64,000 nucleotides of DNA. It comes from Macrostomum lignano. Its lineage: Eukaryota. Both the position numbers and the translations under genes were made by a program. Of the stretch, positions 36,201 to 46,400 are shown one piece after another; the first letter of the stretch is position 1; the number at the start of each line of letters is the position of its first letter. Where the stretch lies: assembly GCA_002269645.1 (NCBI GenBank), contig NIVC01001216.1, forward strand, positions 1-64,000. Direction: 5' to 3'. The notes beneath the pieces are model-generated. The model was given only the letters and a program-made list of their open reading frames with translations, did no database searches and had not been told where the DNA came from.

Positions 36201-39200
36201 GAGATTGGGGATAGAAGTAGGAATGGGGATAGAAATGGGAGATTGGGGATAGAAGTAGGAATGGGGATAGAAATGGGAGATTGGGGATAGAAGTAGGAAT
36301 GGGGATAGAAATGGGAGACTGGGGATAGAAGTGGGAATGGGGATAGAGATGGGAGATTGGGGATAGAAGTGGGAGATTGAGGATAGAAGTAGGAATGGGG
36401 ATAGAAATGGGAGATTGAGGATAGAAGTAGGAATGGGGATAGAGATGGGAGATTGGGGATAGAAGTGGGAATGGGGATAGAAATGGGAGATTGAGGATAG
36501 AAATGGGAGATTGGGGATAGAAATGGGAGATTGGGGATAGAAATGGGAGATTGGGGATAGAAATGGGAGATTGGGGATAGAAATGGGAGATTGGGGATAG
36601 AAATGGGAGATTGGGGATAGAAATGGGAGATTGGGGATAGAAATGGGAGATTGGGGATAGAAATGGGAGATTGGGGATAGAAATGGGAGATTGGGGATAG
36701 AAATGGGAGATTGGGGATAGAAATGGGAGATTGGGGATAGAAATGGGAGATTGGGGATAGAAATGGGAGATTGGGATAGAAATGGGAGATTGGGGATAGA
36801 AATGGGAGATTGGGGATAGAAATGGGAGATTGGGGATAGAAATGGGAGATTGGGGATAGAAATGGGAGATTGGGGATAGAAATGGGAGATTGGGGATAGA
36901 AGTGGGAATGGGGATAGAAATGGGAGATTGGGGATAGAAATGGGAGATTGGGGATAGAAATGGGAGATTGGGATAGAAATGGGAGATTGGGGATAGAAAT
37001 GGGAGATTGGGGATAGAAATGGGAGATTGGGGATAGAAATGGGAGATTCGGGATAGAGATTTCAGGATCATGGAAGATGGGAAATTAAAAATATCTGTAA
37101 CGCAGCTCACCTATCAAACTCATTCCTAGCATTGCCGGTGCCAAACAAAGCAATAAAATCTGCAAACTCTCTCTTAGAGCCGTTAGCTTTCAGCCAGGCT
37201 TGCCAAGCTTGACCGCTAGGCTGCAGAGAGACAGTCAAGCTAAGCGTGGCCTGCAACAGCTGATTAAAACCCTGACGAGCGCTGTCACAAGCGGCCTGAT
37301 GCCCCATTAAAGCTTCTGCATACGGCGCCGCTCGAGGCCGGCTTTTCTCGATAGCGCCAGCCAGAAGGCGGAACGCTTCGTCAACGTTGACGCCTAACTG
37401 GGCGGAGGTTTCCACAGTGCCGGCTAGGTTAGACAGATTCTTGGCCGCTTTGCGCAGCGCCTCCATTTGGCGAGCGTGCAGCTCGGGCTGATTGGCTATC
37501 AGGTCCATCTTGGTCACGGCCAGGACGCTGGGCCGTTTGGCTTTGGCTGGGGTTGCGGGATGAGAGAGGAAACCGATTGAGACGGCCGGATTATGCTGAG
37601 TTGATGAACCCGTCTACCTCACATGTGTCTACCCCTCATGATCTACCCCTGTGTCTACCCCACATGTGCCTACCCCTCGTGTGTCTACCCCACATGTGTC
37701 TACCCCACACGTGTCTACCCCACATGTATTCTAACCCTCAGGGTCTATCCCTCATGGTCTACCCCTCATGGTTTATCCGACATGTGTCTACTACCCATGT
37801 GTCTACGCCTCATGTCTACCCTTCGTGTCTACCCCTCATGGTTCTACCCCAAATTTGTCTACCACACGTGTCTACCCTCCTTACTGCCCTGTCTTACCTT
37901 CTTTACTGCCCTCCGCCTTAACCTTTTCACCGCCCTACTACACACCCTAGCAAAGCAACCGGATTCCTCACCCAAATACGGCGCCACCTCTTTCAAGAAA
38001 GCGCATTGCCGCTCAAAATTTGCGGAAGCATCAAAACACAGCAAGAATCCGTTAATTAATAGAGCGCCATCCGGTGCTTGAATTTTCGGATAATCGTCTT
38101 CAAAGCCGAGCTGATCGGAGCAAATCCAGGCAAGCTTCTGGCTGGTGTACAGTTTCGTTGCTGTACACCTGGCATGATAAGGCTCGCTGTAGCCGAATAC
38201 CCGCAAATTAGCGTCGTTAGCTATCTCCGTCTGTTCAACTACGTGAAATCGTTGATGGCTTTGCGCCACCTGCCCGATGCCCCAGTAGATCCAGTGGCTG
38301 CTGCGCAATACTTGGCCAGCGAAATCTGGCTCTGACACTATGGAGCTGTGTCTGGAATGGTGGGCCGCGTTTGTAATTAATTTCCGCTGCTATTCAGACT
38401 GATTTTGACAGGTAATTCAAACTGATTCTGACAGGTAATTCAAACTGATTCTGACAGGCAATTTAAACTGACTCTGACAGGTAATTCAAACTGATTCTGA
38501 CAGGTAATTCAGACTGACTCTGACAGGTAATTCAGACTGACTCTGACAGGTAATTCAGACTGACTCTGACAGGTAATTCAGACTGATTATGACAGGTAAT
38601 TCAGACTGACTCTGACAGGCAATTTAAACTGATTCTGACAGGTAATTCAGACTGACTCTGACAGGCAATTTAAACTGACTCTGACAGGTAATTCAGACTG
38701 ACTCTGACAGGTAATTCAGACTTACTCTGACAGGTAATTCAGACTGACTCTGACAGGTAATTCAGACTGACTCTGACAGGTAATTCAGACTGACTCTGAC
38801 AGGTAATTCAGACTGATTCTGACAGGTAATTCAGACTGATTCTGACAGGTAATTCAGACTGATTCTGACAGGTAATTCAGACTGATTTTGACAGGTAATT
38901 CAGACTGACTCTGACAGGTAATTCAGACTGACTCTGACAGGTAATTCAGACTGACTCTGACAGGTAATTCAGACTGACTCTGACAGGTAATTCAGACTGA
39001 CTCTGACAGGTAATTCAGACTGACTCTGACAGGCAATTTAAACTGATTCTGACAGGTAATTCAGACTGACTCTGACAGGTAACTCAAACTGATTCTGACA
39101 GGTAATTCAGACTGACTCTGACAGGTAATTCAGACTGATTCTGACAGGTATTTCAGACTGACTCTGACAGGTAATTCAGACTGACTCTGACAGGTAATTC

Positions 39201-40469
39201 AGACTGACTCTGACAGGTAATTCAGACTGACTCTGACAGGTAATTCAGACTTACTCTGACCGGTAATTCAAACTGATTCTGACAGGTAATTCAGACTGAT
39301 TATGACAGGTAATTCAGACTGACTCTGACAGGTAATTTAAACTGACTCTGACAGGTAATTCAGACTGATTCTGACAGGTAATTCAAACTGATTCTGACAG
39401 GTAATTTAAACTGATTCTGACAGGTAATTCAGACTGATTATGACAGGTAATTCAGACTGACTCTGACAGGTAATTCAGACTGACTCTGACAGGTAATTCA
39501 GACTGACTCTGACACGTAATTCAGACTGACTCTGACAGGTAATTTAAACTGACTCTGACAGGTAATTCAGACTGATTCTGACAGGTAATTCAAACTGATT
39601 CTGACAGGTAATTCAAACTGATTCTGACAGGTAATTCAAACTGACTCTGACAGGTAATTCAGACTGACTCTGACAGGTAATTCAGACTGATTATGACAGG
39701 TAATTCAGACTGACTCTGACAGGCAATTTAAACTGATTCTGACAGGTAATTCAGACTGACTCTGACAGGCAATTTAAACTGACTCTGACAGGTAATTCAG
39801 ACTGACTCTGACAGGTAATTCAGACTTACTCTGACAGGTAATTCAGACTGACTCTGACAGGTAATTCAGACTGACTCTGACAGGTAATTCAGACTGACTG
39901 ACAGGTAATTCAGACTGACTCTGACAGGCAATTCAGACTGACTCTGACAGGTAATTCAGACTGACTCTGACAGGTAATTCAGACTGACTCTGACAGGTAA
40001 TTCAGACTGACTCTGACAGGTAATTCAGACTGACTCTGACAGGTAATTCAGACTGACTCTGACAGGTAATTCAGACTGACTCTGACAGGTAATTCAGACT
40101 GATTCTGACAGGTAATTCAGACTGACTCTGACAGGTAATTCAGACTGACTCTGACAGGTAATTCAGACTGATTCCATTGTTGACTTTCTATGACGAGCTA
40201 ATGCGACCACTATAAGTGCATTCAAAGTGTGAAGGCAGAGATCCGTCTTAAACAGACAGGTTCGCTCACCTGTCTCGATAATTATCGGCTCCGGGCCGCA
40301 CAAATCTGTTGCACAGACAGGATTTCCCAACGCCGCGACCTTCCGCTTCTGCCGACTTTGCTGACATACCGATAACGCTGACGGAGTACAGTGTGCCGCC
40401 TCCGCCACTGCCGCCTCCGCTGGCGCCGCCGCCGCTGCCAGCACTGAGTGGGGAGCCTCTCATCAGCAT
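30490..40469 (-). CDS. ARHGAP35: p190 RhoGAP (ARHGAP35/ARHGAP5 family), about 1441 aa. Exons 40469-40270, 38351-37972, 37546-37111, 36113-35828, 34583-34257, 33961-33283, 32944-31564, 31126-30490
   Basis: N-terminal GTPase-like domain ([43 protein letters not shown]), an FF-region-like segment, and a C-terminal RhoGAP domain (EGVYRTCGN arginine finger, [16 protein letters not shown]). All 7 introns are GT-AG and phase-compatible; the total of 4326 nt is divisible by 3. Confidence 0.93.
31160..31500. repeat. Degenerate GGGATCATTG repeat in p190 intron 7
   Basis: Read directly. Confidence 0.85.
32968..33257. repeat. (GACA)n microsatellite filling p190 intron 6
   Basis: Read directly. Confidence 0.97.
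33995..34265. repeat. About 32-bp tandem repeat containing copies of the p190 exon 5 donor junction
   Basis: GATACATATCGG and close variants recur about 8 times; on the minus strand this reads CCGATAT|GTATC. Confidence 0.88.
34665..35812. repeat. 21-bp minisatellite (GATCAGTGACCAGAATGGCAG) filling p190 intron 4
   Basis: Read directly. Confidence 0.96.
36122..37060. repeat. 20-bp purine-rich minisatellite (GGGGATAGAAATGGGAGATT) filling p190 intron 3
   Basis: Read directly. Confidence 0.96.
37612..37880. repeat. Degenerate ATGTGTCTACCCC repeat in p190 intron 2
   Basis: Read directly. Confidence 0.8.
38392..40172. repeat. 23-bp minisatellite (GACAGGTAATTCAGACTGACTCT) filling p190 intron 1
   Basis: About 77 copies. 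Confidence 0.97.
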
Positions 40470-40604
40470 CTGTCTGCCAATTTAGCGTCCTCTTCTGTTG
40501 AACACCTAGTTTATTAACTAGTTATTTAAAACTAGGTTAGCCTTTGGCAGAAACCTTGAAAATTGACGCCACGACAATTGGCAAGCTTCTACCTGCAATA
40601 CGGC

Positions 40605-41045
40605 ACAATAGATAGTGTCTAGATGATAAAAGTACATGTCTAAATGATACAAGTACAAGTACATCTCTAGTTGATGAAAGTACATTTCTAGATGATAGAA
40701 GTACATGTCTAGGTAATAAAAAGTACATATCTAGATGATTAAAATACATATCTCCAGATGATAAAAGTATATTATGTCTAGATGATAAATGTACATATCT
40801 AGATAGTACACAATGTCTAGATAAAAGTACATTATGTCGGGATGATAAAAATACAAAATATCTAGATGATGAAAGTACATATGTCTGGATGATAAATGTA
40901 CATATCTAGATAGAAGTACATAATGTCTAGATAAAAGTACATTATGTCGGGATGATAAAAATACATAATATCTAGATAATGAAGGTACAAACCTAAATGA
41001 TAAAAGTACACCTCTAGATGATTAAGTACATAATAATCTAGATAG
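40605..41045. repeat. Degenerate repeat of about 21 bp (TCTAGATGATAAAAGTACA) upstream of the p190 ATG
   Basis: Read directly. Confidence 0.8.
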
Positions 41046-42532
41046 CCTACTTCTAGGGCAATGTTAAAAATAAAATACAACAAAACATACTCATTGCAGC
41101 ATAAATAAAATAAAACATACTTTTTGTTTTTATTGAGTGACTGGCCACTGATTTCTAATCGTATGTACCAATTTACACACTGGTGCGCAAAAATACTTAC
41201 TAAAATGTAACAATTAATAAAAAACATTAAAAATTGACCAGGTAAGAAGAAATAGTTAGAATTGCAGCAAGCCGAAAACAAAAATTTGTTACTGACTAAA
41301 CAATCATTGCATACGCAGCACTGAGAGCGTACACAGGGAAAGGAAGCAGTTAATAAATAATATTTTAGGAAGCAAACAATAAAAATATGGTTTATAAAAT
41401 TGGCAGCAATTAAGAGCTTCTGTTAATATAAAAAACATAGATAAAACGCTTGAAAGCTACTATAAATAGTAGAGCAGTGAACTTCTAACAAGGCTATTAT
41501 TAGAAATGATTACAAATATTGAATTACAAGAAATAACAATAGGTATTGAATACAATGACAAGAGATTTAATTTTTCAAGTCGAAATTTACATATAAATAC
41601 TGAAATTAATAATTAACGATACAACAACACTTTCTAAACAAAAGCACTGAATTAGATGTACAATGTAATATGAACGCAGGCAAAGGTTTTGGTAAAGCAA
41701 GCAATATTAACTCTCCAGGTGAGCAAATGTCAATAAATTTTAAATTTATTTTCAGTAATGTTACTAATTATTTTTATGCATAAGTAGTATATAGTAATTT
41801 GCAAGCCGCTGCAGAATGTTATTAATTTGTTAACATATTACTGCGATAGGCACCGGTGAAGAATAAAAACAGACATCAAGTCAAATCCCCACCAAATTCG
41901 CTAAACATACTACTCGCAACAAAACTGCTAGTTAGTAGTAGCACGCAAACAAACAGTTTGTCCCTGAATTTATAAAAAAAACAATAAAAAAATGAATTAT
42001 AAGAAAACAATTTCAGCAAACTGCTGAAGCTAAATAGAAAGGAAAATTCGAATATTCCTACTGACAATAGCATTAGTAGCTAAGTGCTAAGCGGTTAGGC
42101 ACTAAATTATAAAAAATAACATTTAATAGCTTTTTGGTAAAATGAATATTGCCATTCAAAGAAACAGATTGGACACAAAATGTGCCCCATAGCAACTAAA
42201 TCAAAACTAGATTTTCAGATTCAGAAACAGCGCATGCGAAAAAGAACAATACATGTAAAGAAACAATGCTAAAAAATAAAAGATACATTTACCTTCTGTA
42301 TTAATACAATCAGAAATTTTATACCTGGCAGCATCAGCCGCTAGGATCTGGGGGGGGGGTTGTGCCTACAAAACCCTCTCGATGCAGCTGCAGTGGATAC
42401 AGCTGCATCTGGGGAAGGGAGAAACAACATACTTCAAGCCCAGATATAAACTGCTTGCCTAAAAAAACTGCTGTACTTTTCTATATTGTCGGATAGGAAA
42501 AGAGAATTATAGTCTAGCTATGCCAAGGGTGA

Positions 42533-42720
42533 AACAGTGGATTAATTAGACCAAGGTATTAGGCAGTAGCCACAGTGGATTAATTAGACCAAGGTATTAG
42601 ACAGTAGCCACAGTGGATTAATTAGACCAAGGTATTAGGCAGTAGCCGCAGTGGATTAATTAGACCAAGGTATTAGGCAGTAGCCACAGTGGATTAATTA
42701 GACCAAGGTATTAGACAGTA
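42533..42720. repeat. 38-bp tandem repeat, 5 copies
   Basis: CAGTGGATTAATTAGACCAAGGTATTAGGCAGTAGCCA. Confidence 0.9.
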
Positions 42721-43404
42721 GCAAACCTACATTGATAAATACAAACTTCTAGACAAATGGTACACAGATTTCTATTTGCATTTTTATAATAGATTGATTT
42801 AAAAAACCTCTCTAGACTACTCAAGTAGGACGGGAAACTGCGTTTCTTGGTAAATGAGTTCCTTAGACCTTGGACACCAGGTCCCGACTTCTATCAAAAG
42901 CAATAACAATTTTCCCTAGACACCTACTTCAGTAATCCTTGGTCATGACAACATCAAATTTAATTTTTGACAACCCAGATACCAAACTGACTACCTGTTT
43001 TTTCCCTAAGCTGAACATCGAATTGAATCTGTTCCATATTTTCCATAGTTTATATTTCTTTTGTAATAGCAAATAGTTCTTTAAGTTATGGAGCTTCTTA
43101 GCACTTTCAGATCAATTGTCAAATTTGAGTAACTCTATCAACATGGAGTCGACAGACTTATGCATCTTCTGTGGGTCAGACAGACTCAGCAGTGTAAATT
43201 TTTGGGTAGAGATGACAAATCCCAGTTAATCTCCAGTTACACCTGGAATTCAACCCAAAGCACAGAGTGTACATGGCCTGACGACTAGAAAGTCAGAATC
43301 GCTGTAACACACTGTACGCTCGTACAGTATTGGCAAACTTGCATGTGCTCAGGATGCTTAAAACCGTAATAACAATTATTTCCTTACAATCTTGATTAAT
43401 AAAG

Positions 43405-46400
43405 CTAACCAGCCCCTTCATTGGCATCATCAGTAGTATGAGTATCATTAATAGTACTATTAGTAGTACCAGCACCCGGCTCCAGATTAGTCGACCGACC
43501 AGGCGTTGACGACGACACCGGGCGAATTCCGGTGCCAAGCACGAAGCCAAATCCGCCAACTCCGGCTGGAACAAATGTAGACGATACTGGCCTACTACTA
43601 TTAGTAGCAGCAGTGTTGGATTCTGTAAAATCCGCGGCAACAGCTGGCAGCGGCCGCCGAGGCAAAGTGCTGGCCATTGTTAAGCTGACTTCAGCTACGG
43701 GAGATTCTACACCCTCGGCCAGAGGTTCAACAGTAGCGGTGGCGGCTGCCGGGGTAGATGATGACGTCATCGAGGAGCCGAGCAGAAAAGTACAGCCAGG
43801 CGGCACGCTGATTGGTCGAGCCGATCGGAAAGCGACAGTGTCTGGTAGAGGAAAATTGCCGGAACCATTTGATGGAGTTCGATTGTGCTGCAGATGAACT
43901 GAGAGCCTGTTAGAATTCTGCTGCTGCTGCAACGGCTGTTGTTGCTGCTGCTGCTGCTGATAAGGATGCTGGCGATGAAGCTGAGATGACTGCCTGCGCA
44001 GAGGAGGCGCCGGAGAGCTCAGCAGCACCTGCGACAGGCGGACTGGTTGGGCGCGAACTCGGGGACCCACGACCGCCTGTGGAGTGGTGGGAAAATGGGA
44101 ATGAGTTCTATATAGGAATTTAGTGGCTTGAGATAGGCTGGGTTGAGTTGCCACGCTTGTAGGGTGATTTTGAAATGAGTTGAAACTGACTTGATGATTT
44201 TGAAATGAGTTTAGATTGACTGGATGATTTTGAAATGAGTTGAAACTGACTGGATGATTTTGAAATGAGTTTAGATTGACTGGATGATTTTGAAATGAGT
44301 TGAAACTGACTTGATGATTTTGAAATGAGTTTAGATTGACTGGATGATTTTGAAATGAGTTGAAACTGACTGGATGATTTTGAAATGAGTTTAGATTGAC
44401 TGGATGATTTTGAAATGAGTTGAAACTGACTTGATGATTTTGAAATGAGTTTAGATTGACTGGATGATTTTGAAATGAGTTGAAACTGACTTGATGATTT
44501 TGAAATGAGTTTAGATTGACTGAATGATTCTGAAATGAGTTGAAACTGATTGGATGATTTTGAAATGAGTTGAAACTGACTGGATGATTTTGAAATGAGT
44601 TGAAACTGACTGGATGATTTTGAAATGAGTTAAGATTGATTTTATCCCTACATAGGTTTTACGAGTCGTAATACGAGGGTCACTCAGAAAGTTCTTAGCT
44701 TGAACACGAAAACAGCAACAAATGAACTAAAAAAAGACTACAAGTGCTCAAAATACTCTCCACCGGCATTGATACAGGCTTGCATCCTGTGAAACCAGCT
44801 GTCGAAGCACTGCCGCCAATCCTCATCCCGGAGCTCCTCGATGATGTTTTTAAACTCATTCACAGCTTCTTCCGGTGAAGAAAAGACCTGGCCCTTCAGA
44901 ATCTCCTTGCACTTCGGAAACAGAAAAAAGTCGCACGGTGCCAGGTCTGGACTGTAAGCAGGGTGAGTCATCAGCTGGACCCCACAGTCAGCCAGAAACT
45001 CCAGAGTTTGAGCCGCCGTGTGCGCGCTGGCGTTGTCGTGGTGCAGAAGCACCCCACGCATTCCGCACCTTGGGCGCCTCTGGCTCACAGCAGAAAAGAC
45101 CTTGGGCAGGCAAACCGTTGTGTACCAGTCAGCGGTGACTGTCTGGCGATCTTCAAGTGAAACGGAAGCCACATGCCCAGTGCGCATGAAGAAACAGGCC
45201 ACCATCTGCTTGCCGACACTCCGGCTGCGTCGAAACTTGGTGGGGCTGTCCTCGTCTCCAAAGGTCCACATGGCTGACTGGCGCTTGCTTTCGGGGTCGT
45301 ATTGATAAATCCAGGTCTCATCGCCCGTGAGGATGTCCCAGATACGCCGGCTGGTCCCGGATTCGAATTTCTGCAGCATGAATCGGCACCAAGCCACCCT
45401 GGTGTCCTTCTGCACGTCAGACAGCTGATGGGGGATCCACCTGGAAGCCAGCTTCCGCACTCCAAGGTGTTCGTGCAGAATGGCGTGCACACTCCCCGAT
45501 CCAATACCGATCTCCTGCTGGATCTGCTGGTAGGTCACTCGCCGGTCAGCGGCAATCATGCTGGACACAGCGCAGATATTTTCTGGAGTCACTGCGTCAC
45601 AGGGTCTCCCGGATCGATGTTCATCTTCGAGGCTTTCTCGACCTCGGCGAAACTCAGCGAACCAGTTTTTGACGGTTGCGTATGAAGGACATACATGGGT
45701 GAAAACGTTCTGTAAAGTTTGATACGATTCGGCCGGCGACTTGCCTTGCTTGAAGTGCAGGTACATCATTGCTCTGAAGTCGCGATTTTCCAGCTTCATT
45801 GTTGAATTGAAGAACTCAGGGGGGTGAACTGACTTTAACTCGCTGCAGTGGACTCAAAAGTGGCTGCTTCTGTTTGAAATTTTTGCTGCGATACTTTTAA
45901 AAGTTGGTCTTTACCATAGACAAATTTCATGCTTCTACGTCTCGTGGATCCTACTCAGGCTAAAGACTTTCTGAGTGACCCTCGTATGTTTAATCATTAA
46001 CGTGGAATGATGCATGAAATGCTGTTAGTTCATCACACCAGAGTTCAACCATACCGTATATCCGTATAACAACAATAACTAATATAAATAATTAAATACA
46101 CCTGTCATAATGTGCAGATGTGCAACCGACAGCTGAGCCGCAGCTATTGCATGGCGCATCTGAAGGCTGCGTACGGCTGTTCAGTCCAAGGACTGAGGGG
46201 GGGGGGGTCGCCACACACAGCCTCAATTACCCCAGCTAATGCTGGCACCCATTTTACAGCTGGGTGAACTGAAGCAATGCAGAGTTAAGTGTCTTGCTTA
46301 AGGACACAAATTGTTCCAGTGGGATCGGGAATCGAACCCCCGACCTTCAAGTCGTGAGTCCCACGCTCTGACCCCTAGGCTACAACCCCCTTACTATATA

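Noticed and set aside
46150-46200. Hammerhead ribozyme at the SINE tail
   Set aside because: The conserved CTGANGA and GAAA core is not present.
46318-46389. Functional tRNA-Val(CAC) on the minus strand
   Set aside because: The anticodon and acceptor stems do not pair, and it runs directly into a SINE core.
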